A stretch of 64,000 nt of DNA from Parcubacteria bacterium OLB19 (GCA_001567365.1 JZEL01000013.1:39058-103057); one strand, 5' to 3'. Counted from the stretch's first letter, positions 9,907-21,015 are shown. A program made the numbers and translations. The notes: generated by a model from the sequence alone, not told the origin.

Positions 9907-10623
9907 ATGGGTAGAATGGCATTTACTATGTCAAATTTGGAAACAATTGTTATGTCAGTCGGGGGGTCGTTGATCGTTCCTGATCAGATTGATACAACTT
10001 TTCTATCAGAATTAAAAGATTTTATTATTAAAGAAACGGCTAATGGCCGTCGTTTTATTATCATCGCTGGTGGCGGCAAAACTGCCAGACGCTATCAAGA
10101 TGCCGCCAGTAAGGTAAGCACTCTCAACAACGAAGATTTGGATTGGCTTGGCCTACACGCCACTCGCTTAAATGGACACCTCCTCCTTACCATCTTTCGC
10201 GATTTAGCTTATCCGACCATGATCACCAACCCTGACGATATTCTGGATGTACCAAAATCCGCCAAACTGGTCATCGCTGCTGGCTATCGACCTGGTGCTT
10301 CTACCGATTTGCGAGCTATTCAAATTGCTGACAATATCAGAGCCCATAAGGTTATAAATCTCTCCAATACTGATTATGTTTATACCGACAATCCAAACAC
10401 CAACTCTGAAGCCAAAAAAATTGAAGATATAAACTGGGCAGAATTTAGAAAATTAATTCCTGAAGAATGGGATCCTGGATTATCAGCTCCTTTTGATCCT
10501 GTAGCTGCCAAAAAAGCTGAGGTATTAAAATTGGAGGTGGCACAAATAAATGGTCAAAAAATTTCTGAGCTTGAAAACTATTTAAATAACAAACCTTTTG
10601 TCGGCACACTAATACATCCGTAA
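9907..10623 (+). CDS. pyrH: amino-acid-kinase-family protein, most similar to archaeal-type uridylate kinase (PyrH)
   Basis: IVMSVGGSLIVPD N-terminal motif, IIIAGGGKTARRY, GHLLL and AGYRPGASTDLRA resemble UMP kinase signatures. The start was chosen at MGRMAF (9907) because the palindrome overlaps the annotated 9859 start. Confidence 0.5.
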   Translation: MGRMAFTMSNLETIVMSVGGSLIVPDQIDTTFLSELKDFIIKETANGRRFIIIAGGGKTARRYQDAASKVSTLNNEDLDWLGLHATRLNGHLLLTIFRDLAYPTMITNPDDILDVPKSAKLVIAAGYRPGASTDLRAIQIADNIRAHKVINLSNTDYVYTDNPNTNSEAKKIEDINWAEFRKLIPEEWDPGLSAPFDPVAAKKAEVLKLEVAQINGQKISELENYLNNKPFVGTLIHP

Positions 10624-10640
10624 TTAACTTAATCATTATA

Positions 10641-10672
10641 AAAATAAAACCCCGCAAGGGGTTTTATTTTTG
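10641..10672. terminator. bidirectional terminator between convergent genes
   Basis: aaaaccccgcaaggggtttt with flanking A/T runs. Confidence 0.6.
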
Positions 10673-11218
10673 GTATTTTCGCAAAAATTCATCGACCACT
10701 AAATGTAGTTCTGGGATAGTGCAGTCATTAAAAATGGTATGATCTGCCATTTCCATCACTTTTGCTTTTTGCATTCCATTGGGATCTGGGTCATTCATTT
10801 CTAAAGCTTCGTGTTTTTGAAAATCAGAAAAAGATACTTTGTCGGTATCACTTCCACGTCCAACAATTCTCTCGTATCTAAGTTCAGGCGCAGCATCAAC
10901 GGCCAAAAGCACACCTCCGGCTTGTTTTAAAGTTTCAGCTTCTTTTACTGCTCTAATTGATTCTATAACTGCATTTTCTATCTTATTCTCAGCAACCTTT
11001 TCTAAAGCTTTTCTCACTATCACATCTGCACCAAATTCGGCTCGGAGAGCATTTCCAATCACTCTGGCATTGACGCGATCGGGTTCAAGTCCACGTTTAG
11101 TTACTTCTTGCATAATCAAGTCCCGACTAGAGTAGTGGGTAAAACCAAGCTTTGTCACTAAGTAATCAACTATTGTCCCCTTTCCTGATCCATCCGTTCC
11201 AGTAATACCAATAATCAT
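10664..11218 (-). CDS. P-loop nucleotide/nucleoside kinase family protein (dephospho-CoA-kinase/dNMP-kinase-like)
   Basis: N-terminal Walker A MIIGITGTDGSGKGT; ~184 aa, the size of small NMP kinases. Confidence 0.45.
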   Translation of the reverse strand: MIIGITGTDGSGKGTIVDYLVTKLGFTHYSSRDLIMQEVTKRGLEPDRVNARVIGNALRAEFGADVIVRKALEKVAENKIENAVIESIRAVKEAETLKQAGGVLLAVDAAPELRYERIVGRGSDTDKVSFSDFQKHEALEMNDPDPNGMQKAKVMEMADHTIFNDCTIPELHLVVDEFLRKYQK

Positions 11219-11220
11219 AA

Positions 11221-12207
11221 CTATTGTTTAGTTTGAGTTTCAGCTTGTTTTTTCTCTTGCCACTTGGCGTAAACAACCAATAACGGACTGGCGGTACAGA
11301 TGGCTGAATAGGTACCAGCAATAACACCGGCAATCAAAGTTAGAGCGAAAACTTTTGTTACTTCACCACCGACAAAATAAAGCGCAAACAAAGCTAGCAA
11401 AACTGTAAGTGAGGTATTGATTGATCGAGCCATAGTTTGGGAAATAGATTCACCAACAATTTCATCAAAAGGTTTAGTGATAGTGTATTCAACCTCTTCA
11501 CGCACTACTCCAGCTTCCATTTTTTTAGTTCTTTTTTCAATACGATTAAGAACCAGATTTTCACGTACACGGTCAAAGATAACTATAGAGTTGTTTACCG
11601 ACAAACCGAGAATAGCCAGAAGCGCCATCACAAATAAAATATCTGCCTCAATACCAGAAGTGTGACCAAGAATACTTACAAGCGCCATTGGCACAATCAC
11701 ATCAAACAACAACACCAAGATGGTAATACTACCGTAAATCCACGAACTAACTGGTTTACCGATACCGGCAAAAGCAAAAGCTACATAAAGTACAATAATC
11801 AGTACCACTCCTGCCACCGCCCATAATGCCTTGTCTCTAAGTTCCTTACCCATCACCGGACCGACTGTGGTAAAGCGAGTTATCTCTCCATCTTTACCAA
11901 TACTAGTTACAGCCTGAGAAACCAATACACGTTCAGCTTCAGTTAAATCTTGGGTGCGAACCAGATAACCATTCCGTCCAGTTTCATCTACCGCTTCCTG
12001 AATAGAAAATTCACCAATACCCAACTTTTCTACCACCTCACTCAAGGCTGATTTTTCTGGCACTTCATTGTAAACCACTTCGGTTAGTGAACCTCCAGTA
12101 AAATCTATTCCTGGTTTAAGTCCAAGAAAAGCAACTATAGCCAAACTTGCTACGGTCAAGACCAAAGCTATGGTCAAAAGAATTTTACGATAATGTACTG
12201 CAAACAT
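11221..12207 (-). CDS. secF: protein-export membrane protein SecF
   Basis: GIDFTGGSLTEV motif and six TM helices; adjacent to secD. Confidence 0.85.
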   Translation of the reverse strand: MFAVHYRKILLTIALVLTVASLAIVAFLGLKPGIDFTGGSLTEVVYNEVPEKSALSEVVEKLGIGEFSIQEAVDETGRNGYLVRTQDLTEAERVLVSQAVTSIGKDGEITRFTTVGPVMGKELRDKALWAVAGVVLIIVLYVAFAFAGIGKPVSSWIYGSITILVLLFDVIVPMALVSILGHTSGIEADILFVMALLAILGLSVNNSIVIFDRVRENLVLNRIEKRTKKMEAGVVREEVEYTITKPFDEIVGESISQTMARSINTSLTVLLALFALYFVGGEVTKVFALTLIAGVIAGTYSAICTASPLLVVYAKWQEKKQAETQTKQ

Positions 12208-12217
12208 AAGCTATAAA

Positions 12218-13678
12218 TTATTTAAAGAAACCGCTACCGAATAAAAATCGCCACACTTTACCTCGATCTTGTTCAACTTCCGGTAAGGCCATGAGTAGAG
12301 TTCTAGTAATAACTAAAGCGGAAATCATTGAGATTAAAACACCAATACCGAATACTAGAGCAAACCCCTTTACCAAAGAAGAACCGAACCAGAACAAGAT
12401 TATCGCCGCCAAAATACTGGTGATGTTACTATCACGAATTGCGCCCCAAGCACGTCTAAATCCTTCTCTAGCAGATTCACGACTGGTTTTACCTGACAGG
12501 AATTCTTCCTTCATTCTTTCAAAGACCAGAATGTTAGCATCAACCGCCATACCAATAGAAATAATGAAGCCGGCCAAACCAGCAGCAGTCAATGTAACTG
12601 GTATAAATTGGAAAAGAGCCAACATAATCACTACATAGCTTAAAAGCGCAACACCAGCAATTAAACCTGGTAAACGGTACCATAACAACATAAACAAGAT
12701 AATGATACCGAGACCAACAACTCCAGCCTTAACCCCCTTCTCTAGCACCTCCTGACCTAATGAAGCACCGATGGTTTGAGTATTAATAAGCTCAATTGGA
12801 ATCGGCAGAGCACCGAAGTTAAGATTTTGTGCCAAATCTCTGGCTTCTTGCGGATTAAAGCCACCGGAAATGATAGCCGTACCACCTGTGATTGGTTCAT
12901 TAATTCGCGGTGAAGATATCACCTCACCATCAAGGAAAATAGCCAACTGTTGACCAACATTTTCACGTGTGATTTTTGCAAACAAATCAGCCCCTTCACC
13001 CGTAAAGCGTAGCGACACCACTGGTTCATTAGCCACTTGTCCAGACTGAGCGCCGGTAAATTCAAGACGTGCACTTTCTAGATAACGGCCAGTCAAACCA
13101 GTATCGATATAAGGCTCACCCATCGCCAACAAAGATGAAGTTGCCACTTTCACTATCGCCTTCGTATCTTCTCCATCCTTACCTTTACCGGTGATTTCTG
13201 AAATAGATTGTTGGGCTGCTAAAGCTTCTAAATCAACCAGTTTGAACTCGAGTAGTGGTGTGCGTCCAATCTCTTCTACAGCCTTAGAAACATCAGTCAC
13301 TCCTGGCAACTCCACTACCAAACGCTGATGTTGTTCACCGGACACAATACTACTAGTTTCAACATAAATCGCCGGCTCTGATACACCAAAAACGTTAATG
13401 CGTTTCTCAATAACCGCCTTAAGAGTATTCATTAAATCTGGAATTTCTATCGGATCGATACCTTCAGTATCAGCTTCATAGACAAGGTGTGAACCACCTG
13501 CCAAATCTAGCCCTAATTTAAAAGGTTTTTCAGCATTTTCGTTAACAGTGTTGCTGTAAACAAAAAAAGCCAACCAACCAAGAATTCCTAATACCACCAC
13601 TGCCCTGAAGGCTCTTAGGAAATTGTCTGTCTTTGAACTGGTGCTTTCATTAGAAATTTTTACCGGTTGATTTGTCAT
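12218..13678 (-). CDS. secD: protein-export membrane protein SecD
   Basis: GLDLAGGSHLVYEAD motif, a large periplasmic domain and C-terminal TM helices. Confidence 0.85.
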   Translation of the reverse strand: MTNQPVKISNESTSSKTDNFLRAFRAVVVLGILGWLAFFVYSNTVNENAEKPFKLGLDLAGGSHLVYEADTEGIDPIEIPDLMNTLKAVIEKRINVFGVSEPAIYVETSSIVSGEQHQRLVVELPGVTDVSKAVEEIGRTPLLEFKLVDLEALAAQQSISEITGKGKDGEDTKAIVKVATSSLLAMGEPYIDTGLTGRYLESARLEFTGAQSGQVANEPVVSLRFTGEGADLFAKITRENVGQQLAIFLDGEVISSPRINEPITGGTAIISGGFNPQEARDLAQNLNFGALPIPIELINTQTIGASLGQEVLEKGVKAGVVGLGIIILFMLLWYRLPGLIAGVALLSYVVIMLALFQFIPVTLTAAGLAGFIISIGMAVDANILVFERMKEEFLSGKTSRESAREGFRRAWGAIRDSNITSILAAIILFWFGSSLVKGFALVFGIGVLISMISALVITRTLLMALPEVEQDRGKVWRFLFGSGFFK

Positions 13679-13736
13679 AAAAATAAAATATAAAAAAACT
13701 TAATTTGACTGTTATAGCATATTAAGGGCTGGTTTT

Positions 13737-14540
13737 CTATTGACGAGTCTTCAACTTTAGGAGATTACGAAACAAAAGGATAACCGTCATAGGGCCGATA
13801 CCACCGGGAACAGGCGTCAAAAGCGAAGCTTTTGACGCCACTTCCTGACTCGCATCCCCCACTAAAAGTCCACCGTCCTCTGAAGCTCCAGCATCAAATA
13901 CCACTACTCCCGTCTTCACCATATCCGCAGTTAGTAAATTTGGTTTTCCTACACCCAATATCACAATATCGGCATTTTTAGTGACCGAAGAGACGTCAAT
14001 TGTATTCTCCGTTACCGTCTCTACGCGCGCGCCTTTGGCGCGCGCGTAGAGTACAGCCGGCAACCCTACCAATCTCCCCTGTCCAAACACTACTACTTTT
14101 TTATCTTGCCATTCCACATTGTAATATTTAGAAATCTCATCAATAGCTCCAACCACTGGTGGCAGAATATCCGTTTCTTCTCCTAAATAATCAAAACGGT
14201 CGACATCCTGATGTTTAGGTATAGCTTGTAGCACTTTGTCAGTAACAATATGTTCTGGTAACGGCAATTGCACAATCACACCATCAACTTTTGCTGACTG
14301 ATATTTAATTAAATCGACAAACTCTTCAGTTGTTGTCTCTTTAGGTAAAGTGATTGTATTCATAAACACCCCTAAAGATTCGGCTTTTTTTTGTTTTAAA
14401 TCTAGGAATTTCTTCGTTTCAAAATTAGGATCACAAGTTACGACTACTAATTTTGGTGAGGTATTACAACTAACAACCAAAGATGACACTTCTTCGGTAA
14501 TCAGTTTCGACAAACTTTGACCATCAACAAGATTATTCAT
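13737..14540 (-). CDS. folD: bifunctional methylenetetrahydrofolate dehydrogenase/cyclohydrolase FolD
   Basis: VIVQLPLP, VVFGQGRLVGLP and PVPGGIGPMT motifs. Confidence 0.85.
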   Translation of the reverse strand: MNNLVDGQSLSKLITEEVSSLVVSCNTSPKLVVVTCDPNFETKKFLDLKQKKAESLGVFMNTITLPKETTTEEFVDLIKYQSAKVDGVIVQLPLPEHIVTDKVLQAIPKHQDVDRFDYLGEETDILPPVVGAIDEISKYYNVEWQDKKVVVFGQGRLVGLPAVLYARAKGARVETVTENTIDVSSVTKNADIVILGVGKPNLLTADMVKTGVVVFDAGASEDGGLLVGDASQEVASKASLLTPVPGGIGPMTVILLFRNLLKLKTRQ

Positions 14541-14561
14541 AACTCAACAAACTACACTGTT

Positions 14562-15659
14562 TTAAGCACCAGGTAAAGCTGAGCGACGTTCATCTACCGG
14601 CACCCAATCCTCATAGCGACCATTAGTGTATTTGATTGCCTCTTTGGATGAATAACGACAATGATAAATAGCTGTTAATTTTTCTCCGTCCATAAGCAAT
14701 GGATAAACATAAAAACGCCAACTATGCGGACAAGTCGGGATCTTTCCTCTTGTAAGATGCCAACATAAAAAGAAAGCTAGTCTTATCATCCAAGGATAAA
14801 GGGGTAAAACTTTTTTTCCAACAATCTCTGCCATTTCCTTTGCGTAAACTGGATCACCGGTTGGAGTAAGATTAAACACTTCATAAGACCAAGCGTTTTG
14901 TGCAAAGACACAAAGCGCCACTACATCAGTCACATCATCTTCGTGCACAAATTGCCTAACCCAACCTTTGGTGGCAGGAAACAAAGCTGTCAGTGTAGTA
15001 ACTACTTTATTGATAAAACCTCCCTTAAGATTACCTTGCAGTGCGGACTGTAAACCAAAACGAATTCGCATATAGCGACCGCGCGGACCAGTGATAGCAG
15101 CTGGACGAAGAATAGAAATTTGCGGATAATGCTGTTCATTCATGAGTGCATTCTCGTAATATTTCTGCAAATTTTCTTCAACTAATTTCTTTTCCTTTGC
15201 ATAAATATAATCATCTTCACGTAAACCTTCAGCCTCAGTAAAATAATGTGTAAAACCATTATCTGCCCTAGCACTATAAGAAGCGGCGGTGGAAAAGTGT
15301 ACCAACTTCTTAACAAAACGATTAGTGAAAGCAAAAGTGAAAACTGATTGTGAACCGTCTATATTCCATCTAGCTTGTTCTTTCTCTTGATCGTACATAG
15401 CTCTAATTTGCCAAGCCGTATGTACGATTGTGTCTGGCATGTAGGGCATAACTTTATTTTGCCAACCCGGATCAGCTAGATTATGTTCTATATAAACTAG
15501 TTTGGGAATAGTTTTAGAAAAATCAGATTGTAGCTCTTTATCAATGGCGATAATCGCTCCCACATCATCACGCTTGGCAAATTGATCGCATAACATCTCA
15601 CCCACATAACCTGAAGCACCAGTAATAAGAATCGTTCTTTTGTCATTTAACATAGCCAA
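14562..15659 (-). CDS. NAD-dependent epimerase/dehydratase (SDR family) sugar-nucleotide-modifying enzyme
   Basis: N-terminal ILITGASGYVGEML Rossmann motif; YxxxK-type region YIYAKEKK; 365 aa. Confidence 0.65.
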   Translation of the reverse strand: MAMLNDKRTILITGASGYVGEMLCDQFAKRDDVGAIIAIDKELQSDFSKTIPKLVYIEHNLADPGWQNKVMPYMPDTIVHTAWQIRAMYDQEKEQARWNIDGSQSVFTFAFTNRFVKKLVHFSTAASYSARADNGFTHYFTEAEGLREDDYIYAKEKKLVEENLQKYYENALMNEQHYPQISILRPAAITGPRGRYMRIRFGLQSALQGNLKGGFINKVVTTLTALFPATKGWVRQFVHEDDVTDVVALCVFAQNAWSYEVFNLTPTGDPVYAKEMAEIVGKKVLPLYPWMIRLAFFLCWHLTRGKIPTCPHSWRFYVYPLLMDGEKLTAIYHCRYSSKEAIKYTNGRYEDWVPVDERRSALPGA

Positions 15660-15674
15660 TACATTATAACAAAA

Positions 15675-17067
15675 TTAACGATGGAATTTTATGGTTACAC
15701 CAAAACGAGACAATAGCGTTTTGATGGTTCTAAGTGCAACATCAATATCTAATAAAAAAGACCGATTTTTTACATAATAAAGATCATATGATAAACGTAT
15801 TTTCGTCTCTTCTAGAGATTGTGGACTAATGTTATTTCCCATATAGTGCTGATGAGTTTGCGCCCAGCCGGTCACACCTGGTTTAACAAAATTACGAATA
15901 TTGTAGTAAGGGATTTCTTTAGCTAAACGTTCACCCAAACCTTTAATATCATTGCGAGGACCAATTAGAGACATTTCTCCTTTCAAAATATTTAATACTT
16001 GCGGTAACTCATCAATACTAAGCTTTCGCAATAAAGCACCGACCTTGGTCACTACATTTCCTTCTTTAGCATCTTCGTTAGTCCAAGTAGAACTTGCGCT
16101 ACGATTTTCGGTCATGGTTCGAATCTTATAGACAATAACTTTTTTATTAAATTGTCCGATGCGTTCTTGAGTAATAAACAAATCGCCTCTACCTTCAAAT
16201 CTCATAGCCACATAAATAAATGGTAAAAGTAACAGTAGCACTAGACCAAGAGCAAGTGAACCAACTACGTCCACCACTCTTTTTAAGGCATCATAAACAG
16301 GGCTTTTGGCTTGAGACACATTCGTAATAAACCATTCATAATTTAAAGCTGACAAAGGTACTCGATCAAAAGTATCTTCGTAGACTTTATAGAAATCCAA
16401 AAAAGTTAGCTCGAAACGCAAAAAAGCTAAATCAAACAATTTTGGTAAAACCTTATCTAGATAACCATCATTGGTATTGGCTACAATAATATCGATCTTC
16501 TCTTTCTCGATAAGTTGCAAAAGTTTAGTTTCAAAATCAACCGTCTCTGTCGCAGTCTTCTTATCAATAATACGAACGAAGAAGTAATTATAACGGTCGT
16601 TGTTGTTTACTTCGTCGACCAATTCAATCGCTTCCGGACCATCAGCCAGAATAATGGCACGATGCATATTTTTTGGAATAAATCGATTATACAAATACAT
16701 GCGCCACCAAGTAAAAAACAGCCACACTAATAAACATATAGATAACCAAATTGGTCTTAGGAGCGATGCCAAAAGGTATAACAAAAAAAAGTAAAAATGC
16801 CACGATGGCATTTACCACTTGCGTATTCAGAATTCGGCTAAACATTAATGATTTAAAGAAAACAGTCTGTTTATCATAAAGACCAGCAATATAAAAAATC
16901 AACAACCAAACGGCAGAAATTATCAAAAACGGACCCAAATGACTACCAAACAATTCTGCGCTAGGAATAGATAAATAACGCACAAAAAGAGTCAGCCACA
17001 AGGCTACGACAAAGAAAAATATGTCACCAATAATAAGAATTAGCAGTTCTCGTGTACGCTCTCCCAT
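15675..17067 (-). CDS. polyprenyl-phosphate glycosyl-phosphotransferase (WbaP-like bacterial sugar transferase), split into two ORFs by a frameshift in an A/T homopolymer
   Basis: ORF 16687..17067 supplies TM helices; ORF 15675..16811 carries the catalytic C-domain (KIRTM...DELPQVLNILKGEMSLIGPR...PGVTGWAQ). Combined length ~464 aa equals a full-length WbaP-like protein. The overlap 16687-16811 contains an A8 run at 16783-16790; removing one base gives a continuous frame (...AFLLFLLYLLASLL...). Confidence 0.6.
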
Positions 17068-17121
17068 AGCTATGTATGTCTGATATCGTACCTAAGTCTT
17101 TGAAAATGGCAAGGGTTGAAC

Positions 17122-17183
17122 GGGCGGAAAAGATAATGGCCGGCAAGGCCTTAAGGCCTTGCCGGCCATTATCTTTTCCGCCC
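17122..17183. repeat. 29-bp perfect inverted repeat (gggcggaaaagataatggccggcaaggcc / ggccttgccggccattatcttttccgccc) with a 4-nt loop
   Basis: Read from the sequence; lies between the divergent WbaP-like and GT1 genes; shares the GGGCGGAAA core with 9801-9863. Confidence 0.85.
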
Positions 17184-17208
17184 TTTGTCCCCCACCCCAA
17201 AATAAGCT

Positions 17209-18373
17209 ATGCTATTGGTAATGGAAACCACTCCTCAAAATCATAATAAAATTCTTTACATTATAACCAAATCGAATTTTGGTGGTGCGCAAAAATACGT
17301 TTATGAATTAGCTACAGAAATGAGCAAACTTGGTTACGAAGTAGCCGTCGCTTGTGGTGGAAAAGATGAATTAGTGGAAAAATTACACCAAGCCAATATT
17401 CAAACTTATGAAGTTACAGGTTTTCAACGTGACGTTAGTATTTTTAAGGAAATAAAAGCTTTCTTCTCTTTAATTAGAATTATTCATAATTTCCAACCTG
17501 ATATCGTACACTTAAATAGCGCCAAGGCCGGTGGTTTAGGCGCCTTAACCTCTCGTTTACTTAGAGTACCAAAAATCATCTTTACTGTTCATGGTTGGTC
17601 TTTTCTTGAACCGAGACCACGACTTTGGAAAATTTTAGCTTGGTTTGGTTCTTATTTTACTTGCCTTTTAGCACACAAAATAATCACCGTCAGTCAGCAC
17701 GATTTTAGACACACCAACATGCCCGGTGTTCAGAGAAAACTCACGACCATACACACTGCTATCGCTCCCTATCCTCTTCTACCTCGTGAAGAAGCCAGAG
17801 AAAAATTAATAGGTAAAACTTTAACCAATCAACACTTATCCAACCTTTGGTTGGTCACTATTGCTGAACTCAACAACAACAAAAATCACGTCACTGCGAT
17901 AGATGCTGTAGCTGAATACAACAGCTCTCATGCCAACAAAATTTTTTATACTTTAATCGGTAGCGGTGAATTACAAAACTCACTCAAAGAGCAGGTGAAC
18001 CTACGTGGAATGACTGATTATGTTCTATTCCTTGATTATGTAGAAAACGCTAAACAATATCTATTAGCATTTGATATATTCCTTCTGCCATCAAAAAAAA
18101 GAGGGGTTGCCTTACGTTCTTCTTGAAGCTGGATTAGCCGAACTACCATGTATTGCCAGTCGAGTCGGCGGTGTTCCCGAAGTTATATCAGACCAAGAAT
18201 CAGGCTTACTAATAAACCCAAACAATCATATGAGTATCGTCGAAGCACTCACACAATTAATGAACAACCCAGACGAAAGAATGGCGTATAGTTACAATTT
18301 AGCTGACTCTATAAAAAATAATTTCAATCTTGAGCAAATGACTAAATCAACTGAAGCAATTTATAATCATTAA
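17209..18373 (+). CDS. glycosyltransferase family 1 (GT4-type), split by a frameshift in an A8 run
   Basis: N-terminal GT1 domain (ORF 17209..18126) and C-terminal EGLPYVLLEAGLAELPCIASRVGGVPEVI motif (ORF 18071..18373). The A8 at 18093-18100 read as A7 gives LLPSKKEGLPYVLLEAG. Confidence 0.65.
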
Positions 18374-19506
18374 TCAAAATTCAGTGGGCCAGATGTTTGG
18401 TTCTTGGCTAGTCGTTGATAATTTATATGACCACGCATACCGAGTACCATCGCTATCGCCAAAAATTCTATAATCAAATGAGAACCACCGTAACTCAAAA
18501 ATGGCACCGTTGTACCCGTCACTGGCAATACACCGATATTAATACCCACATGTACAAAAAAGTGTGCCAATAGCATTATAACCACTCCAGTGGCAAACAG
18601 CTTTTCAAAATTACTAACCCCCATAGTGGCATGATACAGTAAGCGCCAAAACACTACTCCGAACAAGGTAAATAACACCACCACCCCAACCAAACCCCAC
18701 TCCTCAGCAAAAGCAGCGAAGATAAAATCTGTTTCATATTCTGGCAAATAGAGAAACTTTGACTGTGTACCGTAACCAATTCCCTTTCCTAATATTTGTC
18801 CAGACCCCACAGTTACCGTTGATTGATAAGCATTATAACCAGACCCCTGAATATCAGACAAAGGATCAACGAAAGTCATGATTCTTTCTTTTTGATATTC
18901 TTGAAAGACAAACTGCCACATGCCACCAAGAGCCACCATTCCTAACAAAAACACTACTGCTACATGCCTAAAACGAATTCCAGCCACCAACACCATACCA
19001 AACCAAATGGCAAAAATAATCATAGCTGAGCCAAAGTCAGGTTGAATCAATATCAAACCAAAGACCACTAGTACATAAAATCCGGAAACTAAAATATGTT
19101 TAAAATCACTAATGAGTTCATGTCTCTTGGCAAAATATTTCGCCAAGAGGGCAATCAGTATCAATTTAGCTGGGTCAGATACTTGTAAAGAAAAAAAGCC
19201 AAAGTCAAAACGCTGTCGTGCACCCAAGGTCATCTCACCAAAAAATAACACTAATATTAGAAGTAGAATTATAAAAAGGTAGGAGTAAAAAATAATATTA
19301 CCAGTACGCAAAAAACGATAATTGGGAATTATAGCCAAGAAAAAAACCACTACCGCCAAAAACACCCAGATTATCTGTCGATTAAAGTAAATATTATCCT
19401 CGACTGGTGAATACATTGTCACCAAGCCAAAGATAGTAAGGCACATTATTGCCCCAAACAAAATACCGTCAAATCCGGAGAATAATGTTCGCCAAATACT
19501 CCTCAT
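18370..19506 (-). CDS. ftsW: FtsW/RodA/SpoVE-family peptidoglycan glycosyltransferase (cell division / elongation)
   Basis: Ten TM helices and conserved SEDS regions (FDPLSDIQGSGYNAYQS..., YLPEYETDFIFAAFAEEWG). Confidence 0.8.
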   Translation of the reverse strand: MRSIWRTLFSGFDGILFGAIMCLTIFGLVTMYSPVEDNIYFNRQIIWVFLAVVVFFLAIIPNYRFLRTGNIIFYSYLFIILLLILVLFFGEMTLGARQRFDFGFFSLQVSDPAKLILIALLAKYFAKRHELISDFKHILVSGFYVLVVFGLILIQPDFGSAMIIFAIWFGMVLVAGIRFRHVAVVFLLGMVALGGMWQFVFQEYQKERIMTFVDPLSDIQGSGYNAYQSTVTVGSGQILGKGIGYGTQSKFLYLPEYETDFIFAAFAEEWGLVGVVVLFTLFGVVFWRLLYHATMGVSNFEKLFATGVVIMLLAHFFVHVGINIGVLPVTGTTVPFLSYGGSHLIIEFLAIAMVLGMRGHINYQRLAKNQTSGPLNFD

Positions 19507-19524
19507 GCCTACAGCATATACAAA

Positions 19525-20964
19525 CTAACGCAAGGGTGCAAAGTTAGCATCAGTTTTGGTAATTACATCAATACGAGCTGGCCCCATCTCGCAAATGTCA
19601 TTTGCAATTTCTTTATAAACTCGTTCTAGATCCTTTATGGTTGGAGCTTCATAATAAGTATCCTGACTAGAGGCTAAATTTTTGATCAATGTTACATCCC
19701 TTTCTACAGCCTCTGCTTTACTAAAGAAATCTCCAAAACCAATAGCATAAATAGTCACATCTGACTCTTTAGCCTTACTAGCCATATCAACAGCATACTT
19801 ACCAGCATATTCACGATCGGCTTTATTGGTCTTTGGATTTAAAGGTCTAGTTACATCTCCGTCAGTTAAAAATACTATGACTTTTCTAGCATCTTCCCGA
19901 TGTCTTTCACTAGTTAATTCATCCAACGCAACTGCGAAAGCGTCACCCATATTGGTATATTGCACACCTTTGGTACCCATTTTAGTACTCTGAATAGAAT
20001 CAGATACCAACTTAAAATCGCTAGTTAATGTTTGTTCTATAGGTTTTGTTGGTTCAGTAGCGTATGACAGATAGCCAACTTGGTCCTGCTGGCGTAGCAA
20101 CTTAACAAACATCTTAGCTGACTGTTTTGCACTTTCAAGCGGTTCTGGTGGAACACCACCATCAGCCGCCATTGATCCCGAACGATCCAAAACCAAAACT
20201 ACATCGGATGGAACTTCACAACTACGCACCGTTTTCGCAATCGGATTCGGCCAAGTAAATACAATATCTTTTTCTGTTCTGGCTGAAAATTCATCAATTA
20301 CTGTTTGTGAAGAAGTTAGTGGTTTACCTTCTTGATTAAAAATTGTTGCCACTACCTCCACCTGTTTAGCATCGGTCAACTCAGTGTTTTCGAGTTTTAC
20401 ATTTAGTTTCGGTCTAGCATCCGCACCAACAAGTTCTATACTCATAGTGCGAAACTGACTACGCCCAATGGTGGCTGGTAACCAAGTTTTGGCTTCTTCT
20501 AAAACGATTTCTGTTTTTGTTGGTACTAAATTATCTTTAGTATAAACCCTGCCCTCAAAAATTGGATAAGTGCTATCTGGAGGCAAAACGGTCACTCCTT
20601 TTCTTTCAGCAATCACCTCATTACCATTAAAGAGACGAAAGGTATAAGTTAGAGTTGGAGTACCAGCTTCTTTGTTTTTATTAGCAACATAAGCTACCGC
20701 ATTATACTGCCCATCTACAACCTTAAAACTTTCCGCCCATATTACCTCCGGTGGCACAACCGTAAAGGCACAGATCAGCGTACAACTACCACCACAATCC
20801 ACACCAACTTCATTATTATTCAACACGCCATCGAAACAATTTGCTGGAGTATAGAAAAAAGCAAAGTATATAGTCAAAAATACTAGAGAACAAAAAGTAG
20901 TAAAACCAGCACCGTACTGTACTCTACGCCAAAAAGCCCATGGTCTTTTAATATTCAAATGCAT
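19525..20964 (-). CDS. membrane-anchored von Willebrand factor A (vWA) domain protein
   Basis: MIDAS motif VLVLDRSGSMAADGG plus downstream vWA elements (LTDGDVT, AIGFGD). The start was set at MHLNIKRPW (20964) because the track start 21036 lies inside the upstream terminator hairpin. N-terminal TM helix. Confidence 0.6.
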   Translation of the reverse strand: MHLNIKRPWAFWRRVQYGAGFTTFCSLVFLTIYFAFFYTPANCFDGVLNNNEVGVDCGGSCTLICAFTVVPPEVIWAESFKVVDGQYNAVAYVANKNKEAGTPTLTYTFRLFNGNEVIAERKGVTVLPPDSTYPIFEGRVYTKDNLVPTKTEIVLEEAKTWLPATIGRSQFRTMSIELVGADARPKLNVKLENTELTDAKQVEVVATIFNQEGKPLTSSQTVIDEFSARTEKDIVFTWPNPIAKTVRSCEVPSDVVLVLDRSGSMAADGGVPPEPLESAKQSAKMFVKLLRQQDQVGYLSYATEPTKPIEQTLTSDFKLVSDSIQSTKMGTKGVQYTNMGDAFAVALDELTSERHREDARKVIVFLTDGDVTRPLNPKTNKADREYAGKYAVDMASKAKESDVTIYAIGFGDFFSKAEAVERDVTLIKNLASSQDTYYEAPTIKDLERVYKEIANDICEMGPARIDVITKTDANFAPLR

Positions 20965-21015
20965 GGATTTAATTATAACAGATTTGTTTACCTCGCTATT
21001 GTTAATTAAACTCAA

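Noticed and set aside
16783-18100. Interpreting the A8-tract disruptions of the WbaP-like and GT1 genes as bona fide phase variation
   Set aside because: Not adopted as the primary explanation because essential genes in the same window (ftsK, ileS) show the same kind of homopolymer frame breaks. That points to assembly error. It is kept only as a secondary possibility in the findings.
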